The notes: generated from the sequence alone by a model not told the origin. 64,000 nt of DNA from Corallococcus sp. AB038B (GCF_003668955.1 NZ_RAWO01000002.1:343605-407604), one strand, 5' to 3'; positions 35,556-46,318 are shown, counted from the stretch's first letter. Made by a program: numbers and translations.

Positions 35556-37997
35556 CTAGGTCATCTCCACATCGAGGACCAGCGAGGCCCGGATGGGATG
35601 TCCATGACTGCTCCAGAAGCGATGGAGCAGGTCAAAGTCATAACTCTCCTGGACGCGAGGTGTGAGCTTGCGGCCATCCAGCTCGTGCGGGAGTCCACGG
35701 GAGAGCAACCCATGCAACACGCCAAGCAGCTCATGTTCCTCCTCCGCGCGGTGTGACCACGCGGAGACGATGAGCCCCAACCGCAGCGCACCGTTCTGGG
35801 TGACAGCCAGCCGGTAGAGCGCGAGCGACACAGCGGGCCGCTTCCCCGCGAGCGCCTCCCGGGTGGGGGAGCCGTGGAGGATGTGGACCTCCTTGAGGAA
35901 GTGTTGTCTGAGCTGCGAATCCAGTGCCTCCTGGAACACTTCCGCCACGCGACGAAGGCGTGTGCCCGCGTCCGAGGGAGCCTCCGCCTCCGGGCGCCGC
36001 GAGAGCCGGCCCAGCTCATACAGCTCCAGCGCGACGGCGCGCTCCAGGTGCTCCTGGGCCAGCGGAGCACCCGCCTGTTCGGCGAGGAAGATGGCCTTGA
36101 GCGCGGCGTTGCGGATGTCGCCGCCCGCCAGCCGGTGCCGCTGCGCCAGTCCCGCCAGGTCGAGAGCCCCCGCGCGAGGCACACCCTCCGGAAGCATCAG
36201 CTCCCAGATGCGGCGGCGCTCGTCGACCTCGGGGAAGGGGAACTCGATGCGCGCGTGGAAGCGCCGCAGGAAGGCTTCATCGATGGCCGTCTGCAGGTTG
36301 GTGGCGAGGATGATCAGCCCGTCGTGACGTTCGATGCGCTGGAGGAGGAAGCCGACCTCCAGGTTGGCGAAGCGGTCATTGGCGTTGCTGACCTCCGTGC
36401 GCGCGGAGAACAGCGAGTCCGCCTCGTCGAAGAACAGCACGGCGCCGGAGCGCTCGCCGTGGGACAGCACCTCGTCGATGTTCTTCTCCGTCTCGCCCAC
36501 GTACTTGCTGACGAGCCGGGACAGGTCGATGACATACAGCGGCCGGCCCACCGCATGGGCGATGACCTCCGCGGCCAAGGTCTTGCCAGTGCCGGAGCGT
36601 CCGGAGAAGAGCGCCACCGGCCCCGTGTGCATCCGGAAGCGACGTGACAGGCCACGCTCTTCGGCGACGCGGTCGCGCTGGGCCACGTAGAACAGCAGTC
36701 GCTCCAAGGCCGCGCGAGTGGTGTCACGCACCACGAGGTCCGCGAAGGTCCGCGACGTCTCCAGCCGGTAGCCATGGCGCAAAGGCACCTGGACAAGCCG
36801 CGAGGCCGCGGCACGAAGCGCATCCGCGTCACCGCCCGGAGCCGAGTCGAACACGCGGCGGATCTCCTGAACCCCGCCCCGAAAGCCAGACGCCAGCCGT
36901 CCCGCGTCCACTTCCGTCAATGACAATCCCCGGACCCGGGCCTCCTCCAGCCACAGGGTCCGCCGCTGGACGAAGCCTGGAGCGGGTGCCTCATGGTGCG
37001 GCACGGCGAAGGGCTGCGCGGAGTCCGCGAGCACCAGGGCCCGCCCGCCAAACCGTTGGCACAATCCAGACAGCGTCTCCGTGACGGAGAGTGCCAGCCC
37101 CCGCTCACCCCCGGACATGTCCACGGCCAGCATCGCGCCGCGCACGGAGGCCAGACGCCACAGGGCCCGGGCCATGGAAACCGGCTCTGGAGCCCCTGCC
37201 CACCGAGCGACAACCAGCGGTACACCGGCTTCGTCAGCGAGGCTCATCGCCACGCCCAGCCGCTCTCCTTCGCCATGCACGACAGCGAACGTCCCGAGTG
37301 ACGAAGACGGCAGCACCTCCGGTCCATGCCATTCCAGCGAGAGCTCGCCCAGCACGGAGGGCCTGGGCAGTTCCAGCAGGGCCTCGCGGACCTCCGGAGC
37401 CAGGTCCACGGGCCGGAGCATGGGAGGAAAAGCGCCAGCGCCCGTCTGCAAAAATCCACCGCCCACCAGGAGTCCGCTGTCGGTCAGGGACGCCAGCAAG
37501 CGCTGCGCGCGAGCAGGCGTGCGTCCCAGGACGGTGAGCAGCAACCGCTCCACGTTCCATCCCTGCGCGGTCTCGTCCTGGAGCACGGCGAACAGGCGCG
37601 AGTACCGGGGCTCCAGCCACGTCGCGAGCAGGAGCAGCAGCGCCTCCTCCTCCACGGTGTCGACGCGAAGCGAAGCCCGCAGCCGCGCGAAGGGAAGGGG
37701 AGGCGAAGTCCCCAGGAGCGGCGTCTCCGCGAGCGCCGAGCTGAAGGCGAGCTCGGCGGTGGAAGGGCGCACGGTGGTGCGCACGGCATCCCAGCCATTC
37801 TCCTGTTCCCCCCGGAGCTTCGAAGCGCGGGCCTCCTCCAGGTCACACACCTGGACGAGCAGCGCATCCAGACGCCTCAGCGTCTCCCCCCACAACGGAT
37901 CCATGGGCGCCTCCAGCCGGCCAGCATACGGAGGGCGGGTGGATCCGGCCATGGACGGGCCTGGAGGGCAGGTTCCACTGCGTTGGTATTCCGCCAA
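35556..37997 (-). CDS. AAA+ ATPase with large N-terminal region (eCIS Afp15/Pvc15-like ATPase by context)
   Basis: Walker A LFSGRSGTGKTLAAEVIA, Walker B VLFFDEADSLF and sensor-1 GLIILATNL sit in the C-terminal half of the 813-aa protein. It is immediately upstream (31-bp gap) of the giant effector-like gene. Alternative starts exist at about 37952 and 37904. Confidence 0.7.
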   Translation of the reverse strand: MAEYQRSGTCPPGPSMAGSTRPPYAGRLEAPMDPLWGETLRRLDALLVQVCDLEEARASKLRGEQENGWDAVRTTVRPSTAELAFSSALAETPLLGTSPPLPFARLRASLRVDTVEEEALLLLLATWLEPRYSRLFAVLQDETAQGWNVERLLLTVLGRTPARAQRLLASLTDSGLLVGGGFLQTGAGAFPPMLRPVDLAPEVREALLELPRPSVLGELSLEWHGPEVLPSSSLGTFAVVHGEGERLGVAMSLADEAGVPLVVARWAGAPEPVSMARALWRLASVRGAMLAVDMSGGERGLALSVTETLSGLCQRFGGRALVLADSAQPFAVPHHEAPAPGFVQRRTLWLEEARVRGLSLTEVDAGRLASGFRGGVQEIRRVFDSAPGGDADALRAAASRLVQVPLRHGYRLETSRTFADLVVRDTTRAALERLLFYVAQRDRVAEERGLSRRFRMHTGPVALFSGRSGTGKTLAAEVIAHAVGRPLYVIDLSRLVSKYVGETEKNIDEVLSHGERSGAVLFFDEADSLFSARTEVSNANDRFANLEVGFLLQRIERHDGLIILATNLQTAIDEAFLRRFHARIEFPFPEVDERRRIWELMLPEGVPRAGALDLAGLAQRHRLAGGDIRNAALKAIFLAEQAGAPLAQEHLERAVALELYELGRLSRRPEAEAPSDAGTRLRRVAEVFQEALDSQLRQHFLKEVHILHGSPTREALAGKRPAVSLALYRLAVTQNGALRLGLIVSAWSHRAEEEHELLGVLHGLLSRGLPHELDGRKLTPRVQESYDFDLLHRFWSSHGHPIRASLVLDVEMT

Positions 37998-38050
37998 TGG
38001 ATTGGAGGAAGTGCTGACCGGGTGGCGGGGCGGGTGGTAGAGACCGGCAC

Positions 38051-38551
38051 ATGACTCAGAGTGGTACTGAAGGGGTGTCGGCCCTGGACTTCCGGGAGGC
38101 GATGTCCCGGTGGGCGAGCGGGGTGGCGGTGGTCTCCGTCCGTGATGCGGACGGGATCGCGGCGACGACGGTCAGCTCCTTCAGTTCCCTCTCCCTGACG
38201 CCTCCGCTGATTGCCCTGGCGCTGCAGCAGTCCTCCCGCACGCTCAAGCGCGTGGAGGCCGCCCGCCGCTTCAGTGTGAGCGTGCTGTCCACCATCCAAC
38301 GCGACGTGTCGGTCCGCTGCGCGAAGGGGGAGGCCGAAGGCCGGATGTTCGACGAAGGAGCCTTCGTGCAGGACAGCCTGGTGGGTCTGGCGTGCGCTCT
38401 GTTGGATGTGCACCGTTACGGCGATCACCTGTTGCTGGTGGGCCGCGTGGAGCGCATCCAGCGGGGAGTGGACGAAGAACCGTTGCTCTACTGGAACCGG
38501 GGGTATCGCGCGCTGACGGCGCACCCGGAGCCAGGGCCCGCCCCGAAGTAG
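38051..38551 (+). CDS. Flavin reductase family protein (FMN-binding, HpaC-like)
   Basis: WASGVAVVSVRDADGIAATTVSSFSSLSLTPPLIALAL is the typical flavin-reductase domain signature. Confidence 0.75.
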   Translation: MTQSGTEGVSALDFREAMSRWASGVAVVSVRDADGIAATTVSSFSSLSLTPPLIALALQQSSRTLKRVEAARRFSVSVLSTIQRDVSVRCAKGEAEGRMFDEGAFVQDSLVGLACALLDVHRYGDHLLLVGRVERIQRGVDEEPLLYWNRGYRALTAHPEPGPAPK

Positions 38552-38597
38552 CGAACGAGTAGCTGAAACCTCACTGAACCCGGAAAGGACGCACCCG

Positions 38598-39182
<585 letters not shown>

Positions 39183-39200
39183 TGTGAAGTGAAGTGACGG

Positions 39201-39244
39201 GAACCGCGCGGCCCGGCTCGGCACGGTCCGGAGCGGCGCGGTTC
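39201..39244. terminator. Candidate bidirectional terminator hairpin between sodB (+) and the convergent small lipoprotein gene (-)
   Basis: Inverted repeat GAACCGCGC ... GCGCGGTTC (9-bp GC-rich stem) at a convergent junction. No T tract. Confidence 0.3.
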
Positions 39245-39254
39245 TCGGATGCGT

Positions 39255-39464
39255 TCAGTGCCGCTCGCACCAGTCAATGCGGCACTTGTCGAACTGGACG
39301 TAGCAGGCCTCTTCCTGCGCCGGAGTCGTCGCGTTGCGCATGCACCGGGCGCGCATGTCGATACAGTACGGACAGGGACCTGCCGCCTCGGCCTGGGTGT
39401 TGGTGAATCCCGCCGCGAATCCCAGACATGCCGCTACCGCCGCCAGCGCCATCTTGAGCTTCAT
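39255..39464 (-). CDS. Small secreted Cys-rich lipoprotein (69 aa)
   Basis: Signal peptide MKLKMALAAVAAC has a lipobox-like VAAC. The mature part has six Cys. GGAGG lies 7 nt upstream of the ATG. Confidence 0.5.
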   Translation of the reverse strand: MKLKMALAAVAACLGFAAGFTNTQAEAAGPCPYCIDMRARCMRNATTPAQEEACYVQFDKCRIDWCERH

Positions 39465-39509
39465 CACGACCTCCGGTTGGGTTTGGACCGCAATGGAAGT
39501 CTAGCACCG

Positions 39510-42242
39510 TTATTGCGGGGAAGACCGGGCTCCCACCAATCCTTTCACCAGATACAGCCGGGAAAGCGCTTCGTTGTAACTGTATGTGTAGAACTTTCCG
39601 TCCTCGGAGATCGCCAGCGTCATCACGGAGATGAGGCCCGGCATGACGCCCCCCGCCGGAAGGGTCAGGTGTGGCGTGCTCGCGCCGGTCTTCACGTCGA
39701 CCCTGGAGACGCGCACCGGGAGCGAGACGCTTCGCAGATAGAGCGCCGTTCCGCTCGCGTCCCAGCCCGCCACCCATTGATTCGTGAACCGGCCGGGGAC
39801 GGTGCCTTGCGCCTCACCCGTCTGGGAGAACAGGCGGAGGCTTCCCTCCGCGTCCACGGTCGCGAGGCGGAGGCCATCGGGTGAGATGACCGTGTGGAAG
39901 CCCGTGCCTTCCTCTGTGATGGGCCTGGGGGCTCCGGAGCCGGGTTCGAAGACCCAGAGCCGGGCAGGACGTCCCTCTTCGTGCGCGCGAAGGAGCAACC
40001 GCTTCCCATCCGGGAACCAGCGCGCCGTGAGCACCGTGGTGACAGGAGCGAGCGACAGCGACCGAGGCTCGCCCGCGCCCGTGGGCAGCAGCAGGAACTC
40101 CATCTGTTCGCCGTAGCGCACCAGCAGCACCTGCTTGCCGTCCGGAGACAGCGCCATGGGGATGCCGTCGCCCAGGCGGATCGGTGGTGCGCCATCGGAG
40201 GTGCGCAGATAGGCGCCGTAGGTGGGGCCCTCCACCTCCGCGCCCTCGGTGAAGAGGAAGGTCCGGCCATCGCGGGACATGTCCGTCATGAACGACGAGT
40301 CCGACCACGTCAGGTCCCGCTCCGTGCCCGCGTGCCCGAACGCCAGCCCCGTGCGGATCACCGGGTGATCCACCAGGACGGAGCCGTCCTGGGAGATGTC
40401 ATGCAGCACCATCCGCCCGGCGATCCGATCCACCGGCCGCGTCGTGCCGCGCAGGTCGACCGCGAACAGCTCGGAGTCCGCGCCTGTACGCGAGGCGGTG
40501 AACCACACCTCGCTTCCATCGGGAGACCACGCCAGGCCCCGGATGCTCGCCCAGTCCGACGAAAGCTCGCGGGGCGGACCGTCCTTCTCCAGCACCCAGA
40601 CCCCGCCCCGGTCGTCCTTGGGATGTGCATGGAACAGAAAGGCGATCCGCGCTCCGTCGGGGGAGACGCGTGCGTGGCTGATCCATCCCTGGGATTCGAA
40701 GCGCACCGTGCCGGGGGGCTGCTCCAGCCGGAAGTTCTCGCCCACGCGGCGCACCACCGCGAGCGGTCCATCCGCACGTCCCCAGTCCGCCTCCAGCACG
40801 CCATCGAGCACGGCCCGGGGCGCGCCGCCCGCGAGCGGCATCAAGCCGAGCGTCCCGCTGCCATGCTCGGCGTCGAAGAACCGGGGCTCGAGCAGCACCG
40901 CCAGCTCCCCCTTCGAGGACGCGGCGAGCACATCCGCGTGCTGCCCCAGCGGTTGTGACAGCGGACGCTCCGTGCGCGCGCTGTAGAGCTCCGCGGGTCC
41001 TCCCTCCCACGCCGCGCCATAGAGCAACGTGTGTCCGTCCGCGGAGAACCGGGCGTTGAGCACGTGGCCCCGGCGGAACGTGACGGGGCGGTACGTCGGG
41101 CGTGAGGACTGCGCCGTTGGCACCGCCGCAGTCGCCGGCCTGTGTCCGAACGCCAGGAAGCCACCCACGACAGACAGCAGCACGGCCGCCGCGGCCACCC
41201 ACAGGGCAGGGCGTGGGAACACTCCGCGCCGCAAGGCCAGGGGCGCACCACGAGCCGCGATGGACTCCAGGGCGAAGGCCAGGTCCTGCGCGGACTGGAA
41301 CCGTTCGCCTGGATCCTTCGCCAGACAGCGAGCAATCACCGTCCCCAGCTCTCCCGGCAGCACGGGAGGCGCATCGCGGAGCGCGGCGCTCATCCGCTCC
41401 ACCGGGCTGTCACCGCCAAAGGGACCACGGCCGCTCACGGCCTCGTAGAGCACCGCGCCGAGTGAGAACACATCCGCGCGAGCATCCACGCCCTGGCCGC
41501 GGATCTGCTCCGGAGCCATGTACCCGGCGGTGCCCACCACCGCGCCGCTCTGGGTGAGCGAGGCGTCCCCGGTGTGCTCGACGCGCTCGGTGAGCCGGGC
41601 CAGCCCGAAGTCGAGGATCCGCGCTCCGCCGTTCGAGCACAGGAAGATGTTCGCGGGCTTGAGGTCTCGGTGGATGACACCCCGCGCGTGCGCGGCCGCG
41701 AGCCCCTGGGACAACTGGATGCCCAGCCGCAGCGCCTGCTCTGGTGGAAGCGGCCCACGCATCAGCCGCGCCCGCAGGGTGCCCCCCTCCAGCCACTCGG
41801 TGACGAGGTACGGCACGTCCTCGTGGGTCCCCACGTCGAACAGCGTGAGCAGGTGGGGATGGGACAGCGCGCCCGCCGCGCGGGCCTCCTGTCGGAAACG
41901 GGCCAGGCGCTCCGCGTCCTGCGCGAACCGGAGCGGGAGCACCTTCAAGGCCACGTCCCGTCCCAGCCGCCCATCGCGAGCCCGGTACACGTCCCCCATC
42001 GCGCCACTGCCCGCATGGGCGACGATGACGTACGGCCCCACCCGCTCCCCAGGAGCGAACGAGCGGGGCGGAGCCGCCTCCACGAACCGGCCCTCCGCGT
42101 GCCACGTCGCCGCGACGGCCGCGAGCAGCGACCCGCAGGAATCGCAGCGGGACAGGTGCGCCTCCGCGAGGGCGCGCTGCTCATGCGGCAGGCGGTCCTC
42201 CACGAAGGCGAGAATCGTTTCCTCGGAGGGACATCCCGACAT
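39510..42242 (-). CDS. Serine/threonine protein kinase with C-terminal TolB-like WD40/beta-propeller domain
   Basis: Hanks kinase motifs: GAMGDVYRA (G-loop), VALKVL (VAIK), HRDLKPANIF, DFGLAR, GTAGYMAPE. A single TM segment is followed by repeated propeller blades (SPDG...VL). Confidence 0.9.
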   Translation of the reverse strand: MSGCPSEETILAFVEDRLPHEQRALAEAHLSRCDSCGSLLAAVAATWHAEGRFVEAAPPRSFAPGERVGPYVIVAHAGSGAMGDVYRARDGRLGRDVALKVLPLRFAQDAERLARFRQEARAAGALSHPHLLTLFDVGTHEDVPYLVTEWLEGGTLRARLMRGPLPPEQALRLGIQLSQGLAAAHARGVIHRDLKPANIFLCSNGGARILDFGLARLTERVEHTGDASLTQSGAVVGTAGYMAPEQIRGQGVDARADVFSLGAVLYEAVSGRGPFGGDSPVERMSAALRDAPPVLPGELGTVIARCLAKDPGERFQSAQDLAFALESIAARGAPLALRRGVFPRPALWVAAAAVLLSVVGGFLAFGHRPATAAVPTAQSSRPTYRPVTFRRGHVLNARFSADGHTLLYGAAWEGGPAELYSARTERPLSQPLGQHADVLAASSKGELAVLLEPRFFDAEHGSGTLGLMPLAGGAPRAVLDGVLEADWGRADGPLAVVRRVGENFRLEQPPGTVRFESQGWISHARVSPDGARIAFLFHAHPKDDRGGVWVLEKDGPPRELSSDWASIRGLAWSPDGSEVWFTASRTGADSELFAVDLRGTTRPVDRIAGRMVLHDISQDGSVLVDHPVIRTGLAFGHAGTERDLTWSDSSFMTDMSRDGRTFLFTEGAEVEGPTYGAYLRTSDGAPPIRLGDGIPMALSPDGKQVLLVRYGEQMEFLLLPTGAGEPRSLSLAPVTTVLTARWFPDGKRLLLRAHEEGRPARLWVFEPGSGAPRPITEEGTGFHTVISPDGLRLATVDAEGSLRLFSQTGEAQGTVPGRFTNQWVAGWDASGTALYLRSVSLPVRVSRVDVKTGASTPHLTLPAGGVMPGLISVMTLAISEDGKFYTYSYNEALSRLYLVKGLVGARSSPQ

Positions 42243-42272
42243 GGTGGGACGCGACTCTAGGATTGTTCGCGC

Positions 42273-43235
42273 TCAGGGCAGAAGAGGGGGGACGGCGACC
42301 CGGTACGCGCGGAAGGGCAGGGCCGGGGTCCCCGGCGTGCCGAAGAAGAACCCCATCTGCGACTCCAGCACCCACGCGCCGTCCTTCGTGATCGCGGCGG
42401 CGGTCGGCTCCACGAAGCCGTTGGCGAGCACCTCCTTCGCGCCAGCGCCTTCACCCAGCGTCACCAGCGAAGCCCGCCCCACCGTGTTCTCCACGACGAA
42501 CAGCCGGCCCGAATCCACCCACTCGACCCCGTCCGGCGTCTCCAGCGCCGGCGTCACCGGGATGTTCACGGGCGCCGCCGCGCTGCCATCCGGCTGGATA
42601 TCGATGGAGAACAGCGCGCCCGTGTCGCTCTTCACGACGTAGAGCCGGTTCGCCCCGTCGTAGGCGATGCCGTTGAGCGTGATGAGGCCCGGCTCGGAGG
42701 GCTCGTACGCGGCATCCGAGGACCACGTGTCGAGCGCCGTCCCACCCACGGCCAGCCGGAAGACCGCGTTCCCGAACGAGTCCGTCACGTACACGTTGCC
42801 CGCGGCATCGACGGCGACGTCGTTGCAGAAGCTGACCTGGCTGGGCATGGCATGGCTGGCCTTCAGGGCACCCGTGGAGAGCGCATACCCGTTCAGGTAC
42901 GAGGCCTGCGCGGGCAGCAGCAGGTCGTCGTAGGTGCAGGCCCAGAGCGTGTCGTGGGCCTCATCCACCTCGAGCCCGTAGACGCCGAATGAGGCCCGGC
43001 CCGGGACGAAGACCTCGGCCCCCAGCGAGCCCGGCTTGGCGCGCGCGATGGCGCCGGTGCCCAGGCTGCCCGCGTAGAGCGTGCCGTCCTTCGAGGCCGC
43101 GATGCCCTCTGGAAAGAAGACCTCGCCGGGCCACTGCACCTCGGTGGGGATGGAGGGGGCATCGTCGGGGAACGGCTCGCAGGCGGAGACGGTGGCGGCG
43201 AGGGTGACGACGGACAGCCAGGAAGAGACGCGCAT
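42273..43235 (-). CDS. SMP-30/gluconolactonase/LRE-like (six-bladed beta-propeller) lipoprotein
   Basis: Signal peptide MRVSSWLSVVTLAATVSAC. GAGGAAAG RBS upstream. Propeller-like repeats (NVYVTDSFGNAVFRL, LYVVKSDTGALFSI). The track start at 43469 lies in low-complexity Gly-rich sequence and is rejected. Confidence 0.6.
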   Translation of the reverse strand: MRVSSWLSVVTLAATVSACEPFPDDAPSIPTEVQWPGEVFFPEGIAASKDGTLYAGSLGTGAIARAKPGSLGAEVFVPGRASFGVYGLEVDEAHDTLWACTYDDLLLPAQASYLNGYALSTGALKASHAMPSQVSFCNDVAVDAAGNVYVTDSFGNAVFRLAVGGTALDTWSSDAAYEPSEPGLITLNGIAYDGANRLYVVKSDTGALFSIDIQPDGSAAAPVNIPVTPALETPDGVEWVDSGRLFVVENTVGRASLVTLGEGAGAKEVLANGFVEPTAAAITKDGAWVLESQMGFFFGTPGTPALPFRAYRVAVPPLLP

Positions 43236-43312
43236 GGGGCTTTCCTCGGTGAGGCCCGGAAGGGGCCTTTCGACGCCCTGACACCGGCCGGGAAATCCCT
43301 TGCAGCGAAAGT

Positions 43313-44302
43313 TCAGCCCCCCGGACCGAGCAGCCGCGTCAGGCTGAGGTCCACCTGGCTCACGACCAGCGCCGCGATGCTGTCCACCGAGGACGCGCCC
43401 ACCCCCAGGCGTTCGCAGAGCCGCCGCGTCGTGGCCTCCGCCACCTGCTCCCGCGCGCGGCTGAGCCACCGCGACACCGTGGACATGTGGACGCGGTAGA
43501 GCGCCGCGATGGCGTCCAGCGACAGCGACTCCACGTGGTACAGGCGCATCAGCGTGCGGTCCCGGTCGGACAGTTCACCCAGCGCCGTGCGCACGGCCTC
43601 CGTGAAGGCCTCGCGGTACCGCGAGCGCAGGTGTTCGAGCTCTGGCCCCAGCTGCTCGCCGAACGCGGACTCGACGGAGTCCTGCGCGGCGGAGTCGGCC
43701 CGGGCTTCGGAGCGCTTGATGTTGAGCGCGATGCGCAGCGCCGCCACCCGCACCCAGCCGCCCAGCGCGCCGCCACCGGTGAACTCCGAAATCTTCGGCT
43801 CACCGCCAGCAGCCGCCGTGAACAGCTTCTCCCGGAGCACCTGCCGAACCTCCGCGACGAACGCGGGCGAGCGGTCCACGCCGGACACGAACGCGCCGAC
43901 ATCACGGAGGTAGCCATCCTCGAAGAACTGGAGCGCGGCGCGGTCATGCCGCAGGCACCCGAAGGCCAGGTACAGCTCCGAGAAGGCAGGCGAGGCCCCT
44001 TCGAGCGCCTCCAGGAGCGCCGTCTGGGACGTCAGCCGCTGCGCGACGAACGCCACGAAGGCGAGCGGCTCCAGCTCCACCCCGGGCCAGCGCGACCGGG
44101 CGCGGTCGAGCGACGCACGGAGCAGATCCTCCAGACGCGAGGGCTCCGGAAGCGGAGCGGGCGCGCGGCCAGGAGCCGCGAGAAAGGCGGAGGCCAAAGG
44201 AGTGGGCGCGGGGGACACGCCCGGGACGCTACCACCCCCACCGGGCGGACGAAGGCCACCGTCCGCCCGAGCCCACGTTGCTCGTGACCCCCGGAGTTCC
44301 AC
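43313..44302 (-). CDS. RNA polymerase sigma-70 family factor (ECF-like, extended N-terminus)
   Basis: Region 4 [43 protein letters not shown]. Region 2-like: [19 protein letters not shown]. The true start may be downstream of 44302. Confidence 0.6.
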   Translation of the reverse strand: MELRGSRATWARADGGLRPPGGGGSVPGVSPAPTPLASAFLAAPGRAPAPLPEPSRLEDLLRASLDRARSRWPGVELEPLAFVAFVAQRLTSQTALLEALEGASPAFSELYLAFGCLRHDRAALQFFEDGYLRDVGAFVSGVDRSPAFVAEVRQVLREKLFTAAAGGEPKISEFTGGGALGGWVRVAALRIALNIKRSEARADSAAQDSVESAFGEQLGPELEHLRSRYREAFTEAVRTALGELSDRDRTLMRLYHVESLSLDAIAALYRVHMSTVSRWLSRAREQVAEATTRRLCERLGVGASSVDSIAALVVSQVDLSLTRLLGPGG

Positions 44303-44345
44303 CGGCGAGAATGCCGGAGCGGTTCACTTGCCAGAGGACACTGCC

Positions 44346-45434
44346 ATGCGCGTCATCAACTTCAATCCCGGCCCGGCCGGTCTCCCCACGGCAGCGCTGG
44401 AGCGGGCCCGGGACGAGCTGCTCGACTTCCAGGGCACGGGGATGTCGATCATCGAGCACAGCCACCGGGGCAAGGCGTTCGAGGCTGTCCACAACGAGAC
44501 CATCGCCCTCGTGAAGGAGCTGCTGGCCGTTCCGGACACCCACGAGATCCTCTTCCTCCAGGGCGGCGCCTCGCAGCAGTTCGCGCAGGTGCCCATGAAC
44601 TTCATGCCCCAGGGCGGCTCCGCGGACTACGTGGTGACGGGAGGCTGGAGCGAGAAGGCGGTGGACGAGACGCGCTACTACGGCACGCCGCGCATCGCCG
44701 CGAACACGGTGGACAAGGACAAGCGCTTCACGCGCGTCCCCACCCAGGCCGAGCTCCAGTTGGATCCGAAGGCCGCCTACGTCCACATGACGAGCAACAA
44801 CACGCTCTTCGGGACGCAATGGCACACGTTCCCGGAAGTGGGGCAGGTGCCGCTCGTGGCGGACATGAGCTCCGACATCCTGTGGAAGCCCATCGACGTG
44901 AGCCGCTTCGCGCTCATCTACGCGGGAGCCCAGAAGAACATCGGGCCGTCGGGCATCGTCCTGGTGCTGGTGGAGAAGTCCTTCATGGCGAAGGGCCGCA
45001 AGGACATCCCGAAGATCTTCCGCTACACGACCTACGCGGAGAACAACTCGCTCTACAACACGCCGCCCACCTTCTCCATCTACCTCTGCCGCAACGTGCT
45101 CTCGTGGATCAAGGGCGTGGGCGGCCTGAAGCAGGTGGAGGCCTGGAACCGCGAGAAGGGCGACCTGCTGTACACGGCCATCGACCGCAACGCGGGTTTC
45201 TACCGGGCCCCGGTGGAGAAGGCGTCACGCTCGTACATGAACGTCGTGTTCCGCCTGCCGGACGAAAAGCTGGAAGAGGCCTTCGTGGCCGAAGGCGCCA
45301 AGGCCGGCATGGTGGGCATGAAGGGCCACCGCATCACGGGCGGCATCCGCGTGTCCCTCTACAACGCGGTGACCGTGGATCACGTGAAGACGCTCGTCTC
45401 ATTCATGGACGACTTCGCGAAGCGCAACGGGTAG
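44346..45434 (+). CDS. serC: Phosphoserine aminotransferase
   Basis: [15 protein letters not shown]-terminus and full-length similarity to SerC, including the PLP-lysine region ([17 protein letters not shown]). Confidence 0.9.
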   Translation: MRVINFNPGPAGLPTAALERARDELLDFQGTGMSIIEHSHRGKAFEAVHNETIALVKELLAVPDTHEILFLQGGASQQFAQVPMNFMPQGGSADYVVTGGWSEKAVDETRYYGTPRIAANTVDKDKRFTRVPTQAELQLDPKAAYVHMTSNNTLFGTQWHTFPEVGQVPLVADMSSDILWKPIDVSRFALIYAGAQKNIGPSGIVLVLVEKSFMAKGRKDIPKIFRYTTYAENNSLYNTPPTFSIYLCRNVLSWIKGVGGLKQVEAWNREKGDLLYTAIDRNAGFYRAPVEKASRSYMNVVFRLPDEKLEEAFVAEGAKAGMVGMKGHRITGGIRVSLYNAVTVDHVKTLVSFMDDFAKRNG

Positions 45435-45449
45435 CGCGCGCACCGGCCC

Positions 45450-45472
45450 ACGTGTCTCAATTCGAGACACGT
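45450..45472 (+). terminator. Candidate terminator hairpin 16 bp after the serC stop
   Basis: ACGTGTCTC-AATTC-GAGACACGT: 9-bp stem, 5-nt loop. Confidence 0.4.
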
Positions 45473-45517
45473 TCCGGTGAGGTTGCTCCCTGTGGCTGTG
45501 TTTGATTGTATCGCCCA

Positions 45518-46264
45518 ATGACTCCCACAGGGGCGAAGCGACTCTTCCGGGCCGTGGTTCCCGACGGCATCTATCAGTGGCTGGCCCATCACAAACGCCA
45601 GGTCTCCATGGGGCGGGTGCGGTGGGGCAGCCTGGGCCGTCAGACGCCCATCGGCACGCACTGGGGACACGACCGCGGCCAGCCCATTGATCGCTATTAC
45701 ATCGAGCGCTTCCTGGCTCGGCACGCGGCCGACGTCCAGGGCCGAACCCTGGAGGTCGGGGACGCGCGCTACACGCGGCGGTTCGGTGCCAGCCGTGTCA
45801 CCCGCTCCGACATCCTCCACGCGCTTCCTGGGAACCCGGAAGCCACCTTCGTGGGAGACATTGCCCACGCGGTCGACATCCCCTCGGATGCGTTCGACTG
45901 CGTCCTCTTCACCCAGGTGTTGCAGTACGTCTTCGATGTCCAGGCCGCCGTGCGACAGCTGCACCGCATCCTCCAGCCTGGCGGCGTGGCGCTGCTGACC
46001 GTGCCCGGTATCATCAAGGTGGACTGGGGCGCGATGGAGCAGTGGCCGGACTGCTGGCGGTTCACCTCCCGCTCCGTCCACCGCCTCTTTGAGCAGTCCT
46101 TCGGCCCCGGCAACGTGCGGGTGGAGTCCTTCGGGAACGTCCGCGCCGCGGTCGCGACCCTGCACGGCCTGGCCCGGGAGGACCTGCGAACCGCGGACCT
46201 CGACGTGCATGACCCCCACTACGAAGTCGTCATCGGCGTCCGCGCCGTGAAGACCCGGGGCTGA
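45518..46264 (+). CDS. Class I SAM-dependent methyltransferase (first gene of the polysaccharide locus)
   Basis: Methyltransferase-like motifs (LEVGDARYTRRFG, FDCVLFTQVLQYV, LQPGGVALLTVPG). First ATG chosen at 45518. Confidence 0.6.
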   Translation: MTPTGAKRLFRAVVPDGIYQWLAHHKRQVSMGRVRWGSLGRQTPIGTHWGHDRGQPIDRYYIERFLARHAADVQGRTLEVGDARYTRRFGASRVTRSDILHALPGNPEATFVGDIAHAVDIPSDAFDCVLFTQVLQYVFDVQAAVRQLHRILQPGGVALLTVPGIIKVDWGAMEQWPDCWRFTSRSVHRLFEQSFGPGNVRVESFGNVRAAVATLHGLAREDLRTADLDVHDPHYEVVIGVRAVKTRG

Positions 46265-46318
46265 GCTACAGCGTCGGCCCACGCGCTACGGCATGCGGGC
46301 TGCAATGGTCAGGGGTGC

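Noticed and set aside
42273-43469. Track start at 43469 for the propeller lipoprotein (78 extra N-terminal residues)
   Set aside because: The upstream extension is Gly/Arg-rich low complexity. An internal Met at 43235 gives a textbook lipoprotein signal peptide preceded by a GAGGAAAG RBS.
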